A DNA stretch of 64,000 nt, from contig VRMN01000004.1 of the NCBI GenBank assembly GCA_008690995.1, positions 1,736,001 to 1,800,000 on the forward strand, read 5' to 3'. Made by a program: the position numbers and the translations under genes. Shown piece by piece: positions 19,547-29,865 of the stretch. The stretch's first letter is position 1. Every line of letters starts with the position of its first letter. Origin of the DNA: Porphyridium purpureum. Its lineage: Eukaryota. The notes under the pieces were generated by a model. The model did no database searches. It had not been told where the DNA came from and was given only the letters and a program-made list of their open reading frames with translations.

Positions 19547-22500
19547 TTAGGGAACCTGACTGTGCGAGACAGGTACCATCGCCTCGCGCACAGTGCTGCG
19601 GTACGCGGCGGACAGTGCAATAATCTGCTCGCACACGATTGGCGTTGTGGCGGGATCCTGCGCCTTACGCTCCGCTTCACGAAGGCGATCGCGCAGCACA
19701 TTGAGCTTGCGGTACGGCCACGACTTGAAGCCGCACGAGAGGAACAACTTCTTCATGAGTCTAGTGGGAATGTCAAGCGCGGACGACAGGAACGAGCGTG
19801 AGTACATCACCAGGCCCAGCAAATCGACTTGGTCCATGAACTCGATGCACTTGCGCTTCTTGTCACCCACTGCCGCGAACCTAAGCTGCAGACGAGACAA
19901 CGTTTCTGCGCCAATGCGCCCGATCTGGGAATCGCTCAGGTAATCCGGGTGCTGCTGGCTTTCGGCTGTGCGCTGTGATGATGTGAAGGAATGCACGAGC
20001 AGCCAAGGGCTGAGCTCTCCCGAATGAGAGGGCAGACTCGTTCCCACGCTTGAGCCGTCGGCAAGCGCGCGTTGCGCTGGTCTACGACTGTCATGAATCG
20101 CCTCTTTTTCACGTGTGAGTGAGTGCACCACTGGCCCTTGCTCTGGCCCTGGCCTGCCCAATGTACTACGTCGTATGCGGAAGCTGCCGCATTCAAAGCC
20201 ATCATTGTCGTCATCGTCATTCCAGTCTGTTTCGTCGTCGAAATTACCCAAAGGAATCCCAATCCGGAAGAGACGTGCGATAGAGCCACTCATCTCGCTT
20301 TCGCAGCCATACTCATTATGGCTGTCAGCGAGCAGCCAGTCACCGGATGTGTCAGCACTCACTCCGGCCGTTCCGAGCTCCGGCAGCTCGTATGCTTCCT
20401 CGTCTGACAGCTCATTTTCGTCGCTCACTGCACGCCATTGCTGGCGACGCCGGCTGCGGAATGAGCTTTGCGAGCTAGCCTGCTGCGCAGCAAGCTTTTG
20501 TGACCATTTACCTGCGCGACGCGATTGCACTTGGCTCTCTTTTGGGTTGGCCACCGCCGGCAGCCCGCTTTTACGCCGCAAATTGAACGAGTAGTCGTCT
20601 TCCTCTTCAACATCATTTTCATCCACCGGTGGAAATGACAGGAGCAATTCATGGTGGTCGTGACTTTTCGATTCCAAGCTTTGCCCTTCTTGAACAGCGT
20701 CGTCTTTCGGCGACGGCTCGTCCACCGTTCGCCGCAGCGCTGGAAAGTGTCGTGGATTGGCAGGTAGCGCTTGCAACGAGTCACGTGCAGTTGCGTCGCA
20801 CGCCGGACAATGTTCCGGTGACAGTTTACCGACCGCGCTTTTGTTCTCGTCCGAGTCGGCTCTGCGACCGGATGGCGCGCAAACGTGCGTGTCGCTTTCT
20901 CGCGAGGCGCATGACTGCAATGATTCACGCTGTTGCGCATGAGACAAGTCCCGTCTCAGCTGCTGCTGGCGCTGTGGCTGCCGCTGCTGCGGCTTGTCTG
21001 AAGAGAGTCGCGAGGCTGTGTTCTGGATCAGAGGAGGCCCCTGTGCTACCCATGTCGGTGTCATTGTTGAAAAAGTCTGCACTTGTTGTGTCCTCGCTGA
21101 TGCCAGTGGTGCGGCACGTGCGCGTACAGGTGCCTTGGCTGATGACTGGTTCACAGCCAATTTAGGTGCGTGGGTGCTCTCAGCAGATATCGTCGCTGCC
21201 GTCGGTGTTGCTGTTCCCGTCTTTTGCCGAGCATCCGCACCAATGCTCTTTTTTGGCAGACCTGCCCTTTCAGCGCTCGTCCTTGTCTTCGCATGCTTAC
21301 CTGTTCCGGTTGCGGGCTTCTCGCGTGCAACAATTTGACTTGCACTTTCAGCGCCTGCCGCGGCCGCGGCCGCCACGGCAGCGACTGCTGAAGTACGCTG
21401 TTGCTGCTGAATTTGTACCACAGCCGTCTGAAGGTCGTTCACGTCGATAGATGCCAGCAGCACCGCTTCGCCAGCGTTCTTTTGGCGCTGTGGATGCAAG
21501 CTCGATGTGGAAAGGATGTCACCAAACGTAGCATACGACATGGCCAAGAACATGGGCACACTGCTCCAGTCGGCGGCTGAGCCCAGCAAGAAGATCTGAA
21601 CAGTACCTTGCAGCGCGTTTAGCGTGAGCCGCGCTTGAAATAAGTTGCAATTCGCGCTGTGTGCCTCGGTAAACACGACGCCATCGCTCGTCCATATGAT
21701 GATGCGCACGCTCGGGTCAATGCGAGTAGCTGGGTTCAGAAAGAGCGATACCATGGCACTTGTATTTTGATGCTGACTTGTGTTGCACCCCGAAGCTCCA
21801 GAAATACCATTGCCGCGACAATCCGCAACAAGAGCAAGTTGCTCGGCCTTTGGCGCAGGAGCCATACTTGGCCCGGGCGATGCAGCCGCTCCGGCTGAAT
21901 TCTCCGTAAAGTATGGTACGGAGTCGCCCGAGCTTGTTGCAGCACTCAAACTCAAGCCGGATGATGGCACGCTCTCGCCGCCACTGCCTCCTCCGTCGGG
22001 ACGCGCGGCCGACTCGGTACGGTTGAGTGGCTCGTAAGAGCCTCCACTTGCCATGTCCATGGCCGCTGATTTCAAAAAAGAGTCACTGAGCGCGTCCAGG
22101 GACGTACTCGAGTTGCGACTCGGCACGACGGCGTGCCTGGGGTCACGTGGGCCGCTCAACGGCTGCCTGGAGTTTCCAAAACCCATCCGGTCGTTAGCGT
22201 GCGATGCGTACAAGTTGTACTCGGTGTGGAAGATGGACAGAATGGAGCGTGCGCTGGCGATGGTGTCTGTCTTTGCGTCGGCACTCTCGTAAGCGGGGCC
22301 AGCGAGCGTGTCCGTGAGCCAGTCGACCAAGTTGAGCTGGTTGATCGCGCCTTGGCTCCGTCGCATTGGATTGTCTGCGTCACGCAAAAGCATCTTCTCG
22401 CGCTGCTGCGCAAGAAATACCGATTGCGTGGGCTCGTGCTGGCGGCGCGGCTGCGGGCTCGCGCCTTCACTGGACTCGCGCATACCATTTGGCGGCGACG

Positions 22501-22627
22501 CGTTGAGCATTCCGGTTTGCACCGGAGAGCGGCGAGTCCCGTCTGTCAGAACTTGTGCCAAGACATCACCTGAAGTCGCCTGTGCACACGTGTTGTTATG
22601 AACACATACATGAGGACCATTCACCAT
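19547..22627 (-). CDS. RWP-RK domain transcription factor (divergent, C-terminal domain)
   Basis: LSSALDIPTRLMKKLFLSCGFKSWPYRKLNVL fits the RWP-RK consensus A..LG...T.LK..CR..GI.RWP.RK. The rest is largely low complexity. First ATG at 22627. Confidence 0.8.
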   Translation of the reverse strand: MVNGPHVCVHNNTCAQATSGDVLAQVLTDGTRRSPVQTGMLNASPPNGMRESSEGASPQPRRQHEPTQSVFLAQQREKMLLRDADNPMRRSQGAINQLNLVDWLTDTLAGPAYESADAKTDTIASARSILSIFHTEYNLYASHANDRMGFGNSRQPLSGPRDPRHAVVPSRNSSTSLDALSDSFLKSAAMDMASGGSYEPLNRTESAARPDGGGSGGESVPSSGLSLSAATSSGDSVPYFTENSAGAAASPGPSMAPAPKAEQLALVADCRGNGISGASGCNTSQHQNTSAMVSLFLNPATRIDPSVRIIIWTSDGVVFTEAHSANCNLFQARLTLNALQGTVQIFLLGSAADWSSVPMFLAMSYATFGDILSTSSLHPQRQKNAGEAVLLASIDVNDLQTAVVQIQQQQRTSAVAAVAAAAAAGAESASQIVAREKPATGTGKHAKTRTSAERAGLPKKSIGADARQKTGTATPTAATISAESTHAPKLAVNQSSAKAPVRARAAPLASARTQQVQTFSTMTPTWVAQGPPLIQNTASRLSSDKPQQRQPQRQQQLRRDLSHAQQRESLQSCASRESDTHVCAPSGRRADSDENKSAVGKLSPEHCPACDATARDSLQALPANPRHFPALRRTVDEPSPKDDAVQEGQSLESKSHDHHELLLSFPPVDENDVEEEDDYSFNLRRKSGLPAVANPKESQVQSRRAGKWSQKLAAQQASSQSSFRSRRRQQWRAVSDENELSDEEAYELPELGTAGVSADTSGDWLLADSHNEYGCESEMSGSIARLFRIGIPLGNFDDETDWNDDDDNDGFECGSFRIRRSTLGRPGPEQGPVVHSLTREKEAIHDSRRPAQRALADGSSVGTSLPSHSGELSPWLLVHSFTSSQRTAESQQHPDYLSDSQIGRIGAETLSRLQLRFAAVGDKKRKCIEFMDQVDLLGLVMYSRSFLSSALDIPTRLMKKLFLSCGFKSWPYRKLNVLRDRLREAERKAQDPATTPIVCEQIIALSAAYRSTVREAMVPVSHSQVP

Positions 22628-23294
22628 GTCGTGCGCCTTTGCTGCGAGCGCCAGATTGACCGGGAGCAACCAATCCCTTTCTCACAGACGCGTTGGCTGG
22701 CCCTTCTTGTTTGTTGCGGTTTGCTATGCGAGCTCGGATGCCGTTTCGCGCACGACACACAGCGCTGCGCCGACCGCCGTCGTGCCGCTCAATCCGCACG
22801 TTCCGACTGCAACCAGAGCGTGCGTTCGCGGTCTATCGGTCCCACCGGTTCATCCGTTTCACCCACGCGCATTCAATCTCGAGCGCTTACTTGCCGCACC
22901 TTCCACTCGTCCCACACACCGAGCACGTCTTGCTCTACTTCACCACCCACGCGTGCACTGACCGGCCTGCTTCACCACCACGAGCTAAATTCACGAGCGC
23001 GCGCGCGCGCGTGTATGTGTGAGTGAAAGCCTTGTTATCCGCGCGCGTGTGAGCACGCCGCGAGCAGCTACTCAGCAAGTGGAGTAGCTTGACCACCACA
23101 CCACGCACACACACACAAAGGCCAACCGTGTTGCTCTCCTGTGCGTGTGCGGCTCGCACCGCAACAAACTTTTTTTCTCGCCGCAACGCGGCTCTGGCGT
23201 TTGCATATGTAAACGGCGTTGTTTTGATAGAAGACAACTGTACCGCCGTGCGGGGGGCTTTGACAAGTGTCGGGACCGTGCTTGCGCGTGAGGG

Positions 23295-24179
23295 ATGGAG
23301 CGCCGAGGCGGTGAGGAGGAGGACGCCGAGGTCGAGGGCGCAGAGGTATGCGTGCTGGGCGTGCGCGTGGCGGTGCGCACAGACGCGGCGCTGCTGGAGT
23401 GCGGCAAGGTCTGGGATGCAAACTGGGCGCTTGCCGAGGTGCTGGAGCAGCGCGTGCTGCGCGCGGCCGCCGTGCGGCAGCGGTGTGTGCTGGAGCTGGG
23501 CGCGGGGACGGGTGTGATGAGCATTGCGTTGGCTGAGCGTGGGTGTCTGGTGCTGTGCACTGATCAGACGCACGTGCTGCCGCTGATCCGCGCCAACGTG
23601 GCGAGGAATGGATACTCACCTGACGCCGCGCAGCGCACGGTCGGTGATGAGCTCGCGGCGTCTTCGTCTGAGCCGCTGCTGTTCGTCAAACATGGCGCCG
23701 ACTCGGAGAACAAAAAAGTCGTGATAGGTGCACTCGACTGGAACGAGAGATCATACGGTGCGCTCGATGCTCTGCGGACGGCATTGCACGGCACAGCAAA
23801 CGCAATCCCGTTTGACGCGGTCGTTTGCGGTGAGACACTCTACTGGCCCGGGCTCAGCATTTTGGACCCAGACCCACTCGATGGCCTTCGCGAGCTGCTG
23901 CTTTTCTTGTTGTGCACAGGTCGCGCTCGCAGCGCAATACTATCCTTTGTGTCGCGCAATCCTTCGCGCGAGGCGCGCTTCTTCAACAGCCTCCATGAGC
24001 TCGGCTCTGACCGCCTGGCTGAAGTGCAGGTCAACTACGGGGATGCCGCACATGTGCATGTACTAGCACACCAACCTGCCGGTGCCAAGCTCCACGAGTC
24101 GGCTCTGATCCCACAAGACTGCGTCATTGTGGCCGAAGTCGGAATCGAGAGCTCCTCGGCAGGCGGCGCAAGCTCGTAA
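23295..24179 (+). CDS. Family-16 (METTL21/Efm-like) protein lysine methyltransferase
   Basis: GKVWDANWALA, VLELGAGTG, VLCTD, NVARN, LDW and FDAVVCGETLY. Confidence 0.88.
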   Translation: MERRGGEEEDAEVEGAEVCVLGVRVAVRTDAALLECGKVWDANWALAEVLEQRVLRAAAVRQRCVLELGAGTGVMSIALAERGCLVLCTDQTHVLPLIRANVARNGYSPDAAQRTVGDELAASSSEPLLFVKHGADSENKKVVIGALDWNERSYGALDALRTALHGTANAIPFDAVVCGETLYWPGLSILDPDPLDGLRELLLFLLCTGRARSAILSFVSRNPSREARFFNSLHELGSDRLAEVQVNYGDAAHVHVLAHQPAGAKLHESALIPQDCVIVAEVGIESSSAGGASS

Positions 24180-24305
24180 CGCTTCCACGGCGCTGGCTTC
24201 CGCGTCGGGCGTGAGGTCGCGAAGTGTTTTGGGTATGGTCCATGACCGCATTCGCATCGGCATAACGGTATCAAGTGCAGCTTGCCTAGAAAACCACACG
24301 CTAGT

Positions 24306-25388
24306 TTACTCCACGAGTGACTCAAAGAACTTTCGTGCCGCTTCCGCGTCAATCTGCTTCTTCGGGTACGTTGGCTGCTTTCTAACTGTCTTGCTGGCTG
24401 GGTTAAGCTCCAGCATGGCGCGCTTGTTCTTGAGCGGGTTCTTCTTCCTGGGCAACGGCTTGGAGGGTGGCTTGGCCGGGCGCACCGCGCTTTGCACTTC
24501 GTCCGAGTTGATGATGCGGGCGACATCGGCATTGGTCATCACAGCCTTTGGCAGCTTGTAGCCCTTCTTCAGCTCGGCGGCCTGCGTGGCCGATCCGTAC
24601 AGAGCGTCGAGCTTGGCAAACGCGTCCTCAGTCCACACGCAGAAGCGGCCTACGTGACCGCCGGGTGCCATTTGCAGAAGGTTCAGATGGTTTACGCTAC
24701 AGAGCTCCACGCCAGGGATGTTGCGGAACGCCTTGACGATCCCGTCGTCCTTCTCGTAAATCACCAGCGGCCCGCGGCGTGGCGTGAAGCGACTGCGTCG
24801 CAGCTTGCCCTGTCCTGCGCGCATCTGCTTGCGAGACTTGTTCACCTTTTCCACGTCGTCGCCCGCGCCCACTGTTTGGAGGCACGCCAAGGCCTTGGCG
24901 GTCTTCTTGATCGCGTTAATTTCGGTTGAGACCACGAGCGGCACCTCTGGCACGTTGTCCACGCGGTGGCCGCGTGCCATCACAAGCGCGGGCAGCGCCG
25001 AGGCCGCAATCGCAGAGACCAGCGCGTATCGTCGCTGGTTGACCGCCACCTTGACGTGCCACTTGCGCCAGACGCGGGTGGGTGCAAACATGCGGCCGCC
25101 GCGGCACATGTTTCCGAACGCACCCTGCCCCGACCGGTGCGTACCGCCGCCGGGAACGCGGGGAATACGCGACACCGCGCGTCCCGTGCCCCACGACTCG
25201 GCAGAGCTCTGCATGCCCGCGAGCCTCGCGACCGCGTACGGCTGCCTCCTGTTCTTCGCGATGGCGGTGTGCACCTTGTTCACCACATCCGGGCGGATCG
25301 GCGCCAGAAACACGTCCGGCAGGGACAACGTCCCGCTCGCCTCGCCGGTCTCTGCCGACACCACATTCACCGCAGGTCGCGACGCCAT
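24306..25388 (-). CDS. RPL4: 60S ribosomal protein L4 (uL4)
   Basis: [32 protein letters not shown] and [16 protein letters not shown] at 25388. Confidence 0.99.
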   Translation of the reverse strand: MASRPAVNVVSAETGEASGTLSLPDVFLAPIRPDVVNKVHTAIAKNRRQPYAVARLAGMQSSAESWGTGRAVSRIPRVPGGGTHRSGQGAFGNMCRGGRMFAPTRVWRKWHVKVAVNQRRYALVSAIAASALPALVMARGHRVDNVPEVPLVVSTEINAIKKTAKALACLQTVGAGDDVEKVNKSRKQMRAGQGKLRRSRFTPRRGPLVIYEKDDGIVKAFRNIPGVELCSVNHLNLLQMAPGGHVGRFCVWTEDAFAKLDALYGSATQAAELKKGYKLPKAVMTNADVARIINSDEVQSAVRPAKPPSKPLPRKKNPLKNKRAMLELNPASKTVRKQPTYPKKQIDAEAARKFFESLVE

Positions 25389-26414
25389 CACACCCTTCCT
25401 CCCCCTTGACACACCTTCCTCTCTCTACACCTTCAACCTTCTCTCTCCCTCTCTCTCTCTCTCTCTCTCCCTTATCACCCGCACCGCGCGCGCCCTTGTC
25501 GCTTCTCCAACTCGCCCTGTCTAATAAAATAGCGCAGTTTACTAGTAAACGCCCCGTCCCCACCCGCGCGTGGTGCGTGCGCGGCGCGCGCCGCAATGCG
25601 GCATGACATTGTCATCATCAAACCTCCACCCTATAATCACGAGAAGTACAGTAATATCGAGGGTTTGCGATGCGGTTAGAATGAGGGTTTGTGGGGAGGA
25701 GAACGGAGGCGGTTTTTCTGGTTGAGGTGGTTGTGGAGATGTTTGTGAGTTGGGAGAGAGAGAGAGGGTGGTGGTTGTCTTGACGCGCTGGTGATGGCTT
25801 GAATGTGGGTGGATAGAGCGCTGTGAGCGTGTCTGTCGCGCGCAGGTGCGCTTGGACAAGGACGCGGTGGTGCGGGTTGGTTGGGCGCTGAGTGAGGAAG
25901 TGGTCGGTATGGAGTGTGGTGTGTGGTGGTGTGTGCGCGCTTGTACCGACGGCTAGTGTGGTGCCATGCGTTGCGGTGATGCGTCTGGCGCGTCGATGTG
26001 GTGTTGTTTGGTTCCGGGTGCATTGGTGATGGGCGGTTAGGCGCGCGGGGACAGAATGGTCTGGCGTGATTGGTCGTTGGTTCTCTGGCACAATGGCAGA
26101 CCGCATGCGTGGGTGTCTGGAATCCGAGCCGTCATCTTCTGGTCGTATTGGTGAACCACAACTCTGCGGTGAGGGTCGCCGCGGCGCAGCATTAATAGTC
26201 GCAGGAAACGAAGGTCGGCCGTGCAATGCACCAGACATGGCAGCCGCACAGGATGCTTGAGATGGCGGCCCGGATCTCAGCACTTCCAGCACCAGGCACG
26301 GGCCGGAAGGGACAAAATGGAACAAGAAACCCTAATTCACTGAGTCTGGCGGTTGACGGGAAGAGCTGCCGGGGCGACGCGGCGACTGGGCGACGGGGCG
26401 ACGGGGCACAGACG

Positions 26415-26783
26415 ATGAACGTGCGGGTGCTCGCGCGGACCATGATGAGCGGCGCGGTCGGCAAGGAGCCTGGACCTGTCGCGCGGCAGATTCTCGACAA
26501 GCTCGCGGCTGGGCTGGCGCCCGTGAGTCGCATGAGTCTGGAGGACGAGAGTCACAAGCACCGCGGCCACGTTGGCGCCCCGGCGGGATCCTCTGAAACG
26601 CACTTTAGGCTTCTCGTTGTCTCGCCGCGGTTCCAAGGCATGAAATTGATTGCGCGGCATCGCACGGTATACAGTTTGCTGGCGGACGAGATGGCCTCGC
26701 GCGTGCACGCACTGCAGATTCACGCCCTGACGCCAGAAGAGGACGCCATGGGTACGGCTCGCCAGCAGGATTCGGCAGAGTAA
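26415..26783 (+). CDS. BolA-family protein (BOLA1-like), probably organellar
   Basis: EDESHKH, SETHFRLLVVS..F.G...IARHR.VY.LL and VHALQI.A.TP. The start is uncertain (ATG at 26262 or 26415). Confidence 0.92.
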   Translation: MNVRVLARTMMSGAVGKEPGPVARQILDKLAAGLAPVSRMSLEDESHKHRGHVGAPAGSSETHFRLLVVSPRFQGMKLIARHRTVYSLLADEMASRVHALQIHALTPEEDAMGTARQQDSAE

Positions 26784-27035
26784 GTGCCTGCATTGCTGGC
26801 GCTGAACGGATCATTCGCCGCGTGCAGCTTTACTTTTGGTCTGCCAGGGAAGTTTGGTCTATGGTTGAGCTTGAGATTGCGCGACTCGCAGAAGACTCGC
26901 GCGATGCGCAGAGGCGCGGGCGCGCGCACGTAGGGCTGTGTTAAGTTGACGCGTCCGAACAGCCAATGATTCAGTAACCGAATGGTCCGCCAGGGAGCAC
27001 GTCAAAAGTAGCATCTTCCATACCGCGACGCTCGT

Positions 27036-28727
27036 CTACTTGGCTTGGGTCTCGCGCCGTCCCGCGGCACCCCTCCGCGGCTTTCGTGCTCGAAGATCCA
27101 GAGCGCCTGTGCCTGTGCCTGCCGGTGCCCTATCCGCAGCCTTTGGGCCTTGGATCCCTCGCCGCCGCTTTGCGGTCGGGCGGCTCGCAAGATTCTCGAG
27201 CGCGTCGTCAACTTCTAAAAGTGCCACATGCTCAACCGCGCGGCTTTCGCCTGCTCGCTCCTTTTCTAGCGCGGCCGCCTGTGCGCTCTGCATGTCCATC
27301 TGCGCCACGCCAGGTAGCACTTCGTCTTGTTCGTCGTCTGAGGCACGGAGACTCGGTTCGCTAGCAAGGTCATCGTGCTCTTCTCCAAGCATGGCCTCGG
27401 TTGCCTCGGAGCCCAGCAAATGCAAGAACCCCGGTCGCACTTTCCCAAACGCAGCCATTTCGCCGGCGCTTGCCACTGCCAAGAGCGGGCTGTCGATGGC
27501 CGCGACCAGGCGGTCCACAAGCTCTTCCTTGCGACCATGCAGCGGCATACCGAGAGCACGCAGCCGGTCCTTGAGTCCAGTCACGGTCATGACTTGGAGT
27601 GTTTCGCGCAGGGCGGGCCCCTCTGGCGCACAGTGGCTCTTGAAAAGTGTCGTAGGGTCGGCAATGACAGCGTTCAGCTTTTGCGAAGCACCATGCAAGG
27701 GCTGGCAGACCTCGCATGCGTACGCAGTTCGTGTGGCAATGTCCCACGTACGGATCGCTCCGCGGCAGCGACCGCACGTACTGTGGTTGTAAATATACCG
27801 CCTGGTCCACGGCGCACCAAGCCGCTGAGCTTCGGCTGGGTCGACGGTTAGGATGCTACCGCTCATGAATCCACGTTGGAGCAGCAACACGGAGTGCGCC
27901 CAAACACGGTCAAACTCATCTCGACTCAGCTCTCGCCCGGGCCGGTCTGGATGGACGCCTGCCTTGAATAGGATCTCTGCTCGGTAGATGTTGCCGATGC
28001 CGGCAACGACAGACTGGTCCATGAGCAACAGGCCAATGCTTTTCTTGGACTCGCTTACCTTGCGCCACACCGTATCGACATCTGCGTCTTCGCGAAGCGG
28101 GTCGGGCCCCAGCTTGCGAACTTTCGACCAGTAGTACTCGAGCGGGCCGTGGTTGAGCGTCATGGCGGAGACGTGCGCAACCAGATTATTCTCGTGCACT
28201 AGTCGCAAACGCGTCGTGGGCGTAGGCGCAGCGCCGGGTGGCTTCATGGTCTTAAACTGGCCAGACATACCAAAGTGCACATGCACGACTGTGCAGTTGT
28301 CAGCGATACCCGCGCTGGCCTCACTTGCACCGGCAACCGGTACGGGCGCGCACGGCAGGCGCTGCACAGGTCCTGCGCCGCCGAAAAAGTAGAAAAGGTT
28401 CTTACCGTGCGCTTCGATCTGGTGCAATGTCTGGCCATGGATCAACTTGGCGCCTTCGGTGAAACGCCCATTGGGCGACGAGGCGTCAAACTTGAGCCCC
28501 AGCAGCGTCCGCCGATGCCGCGCCGCCAGGCGCTGCGTCTGATGCCCCTCCACCATACTGATGCGAAAGCCACGGTTACAGTGCGCACCGCTCGTGGCTG
28601 ACGGTGCCCTGCGACGCGCGTCACACGTGAATAGCGATGGAGGGACCGGTGCGAGTACCCAGCACAGGCGCCGCGTGGACCCTGATTCAGACTCAGCGCC
28701 GAGGACGGATCCGGTCGGCGCACGCAT
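27036..28727 (-). CDS. Fpg/Nei (endonuclease VIII-like) DNA glycosylase with N-terminal presequence and C-terminal SAP domain
   Basis: MVEGH at 28556, GKNLF, HFGMSG, LGPDPL, the H2TH motif LLMDQSVVAGIGNIYRAEILF, a CxxC..CxxC zinc finger, and the SAP motif MTVTGLKDRLRALGMPLHGRKEELVDRL. Confidence 0.93.
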   Translation of the reverse strand: MRAPTGSVLGAESESGSTRRLCWVLAPVPPSLFTCDARRRAPSATSGAHCNRGFRISMVEGHQTQRLAARHRRTLLGLKFDASSPNGRFTEGAKLIHGQTLHQIEAHGKNLFYFFGGAGPVQRLPCAPVPVAGASEASAGIADNCTVVHVHFGMSGQFKTMKPPGAAPTPTTRLRLVHENNLVAHVSAMTLNHGPLEYYWSKVRKLGPDPLREDADVDTVWRKVSESKKSIGLLLMDQSVVAGIGNIYRAEILFKAGVHPDRPGRELSRDEFDRVWAHSVLLLQRGFMSGSILTVDPAEAQRLGAPWTRRYIYNHSTCGRCRGAIRTWDIATRTAYACEVCQPLHGASQKLNAVIADPTTLFKSHCAPEGPALRETLQVMTVTGLKDRLRALGMPLHGRKEELVDRLVAAIDSPLLAVASAGEMAAFGKVRPGFLHLLGSEATEAMLGEEHDDLASEPSLRASDDEQDEVLPGVAQMDMQSAQAAALEKERAGESRAVEHVALLEVDDALENLASRPTAKRRRGIQGPKAADRAPAGTGTGALDLRARKPRRGAAGRRETQAK

Positions 28728-29013
28728 TTACGATTCCGAAAGCACGGAGCCGAGTCGAAAGATTCCCCTTACTGCGTCAACCGTTGCGGGCCACAAGCTG
28801 ACGTGCTGAGTGCGTCCGCAAAATTTCGCTTAATTCAATTGCTGGAGGGAGCGCGTTCCGTGAACAGTGCTCAATCATTTACTGAGGAGCTTGGGATAAC
28901 ACTAATCGGTTTACCGTAACGGAACAACTTGACGAGCGTACCTAGCGTGCTAGACGCGGACGGCAGCGGCATCGGCAAGTCTCCACCCTACATCCGCAAG
29001 AGTGCTTCGCTAA

Positions 29014-29865
29014 TCACGATGCCTTGGCGAGGTTGGACAGAACAGTGCCCGAATACGCAAATGCCAGCGAAGTCTCGTTCAGACACTCGTCCTTGACATC
29101 GCGAGGCCAATCTGATGCCACGCGGTCGATCTTCTCGCGCACTTCGCCGAGGATTTCCTTGACGTCCTTCTCCCACGCGTAGAACTCAAACTCCTTGCCC
29201 TCGAACAGCAGGTTGGACATCATGCGGCCGATCATGCGTCCGCCGGCCGAGTGCGCAAAGTAGTAGTTGTACCAGTGGCACAGGAACGCGTTGGGCTTGT
29301 CGCGCACGAGCTCCTGCAAGTAGGCAATGTACTTTGTGGCCGCGGGCGTGGGCGGCGGCACGTCAAAGTCCAGCATGCGGAACCACTGGATGTCCTTGTC
29401 GAGCGCCGCGCCGCGCTCGAGGCCCGTGCTTGTGAACTCGTGAAGCCACGCGGCGTCAGCGTCGGCCATGCGCGCTTCCATAAAGTCATACACCGCCTTG
29501 GAGTCCACCAGAAACTGCAAGTAGTCTTCCTTTCGCGGGCGCCATTCCTGAATAGGCAAGGCTGCCTCCTCCATCTGGCCCTCGCGTGGCGCCTGGTCCT
29601 TGGTGTGTAGCCTCATGGCCACAAACCGCATCTCCTCAACGAATCCCTTGTGCGAGCCTGGTCGACGCTCGGCCGCGGCGGCAGACGACGAGGACGAGCT
29701 GGCATTAGCCGAGGGCCCATGCATACTCACAGTTCCTCGGGACGCATGCACCCTGCGCAGACGCGCCGTGAAGCAAGCCACATTCTTGGAGGCGCTGAAG
29801 AGACGAGCACCGTTGACCTGAGTGCTTGCCACCGGCGCCGCGAAACCTCCAACAAAAGCCGCCAT
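29014..29865 (-). CDS. HO1: Plant-type (HY1/HO1) plastid heme oxygenase
   Basis: GFVEEMRFVAMRLHTKDQA, YLQFLVDSKAVY and FLCHWYNYYFAHSAGGRMIG. MAAFV transit peptide at 29865. Confidence 0.96.
   Translation of the reverse strand: MAAFVGGFAAPVASTQVNGARLFSASKNVACFTARLRRVHASRGTVSMHGPSANASSSSSSAAAAERRPGSHKGFVEEMRFVAMRLHTKDQAPREGQMEEAALPIQEWRPRKEDYLQFLVDSKAVYDFMEARMADADAAWLHEFTSTGLERGAALDKDIQWFRMLDFDVPPPTPAATKYIAYLQELVRDKPNAFLCHWYNYYFAHSAGGRMIGRMMSNLLFEGKEFEFYAWEKDVKEILGEVREKIDRVASDWPRDVKDECLNETSLAFAYSGTVLSNLAKAS

Noticed and set aside
25600..26260. GT-rich region upstream of BolA as an ncRNA or snoRNA host
   Set aside because: No snRNA, SRP or box C/D signature could be supported. More likely a promoter or long 5' leader.
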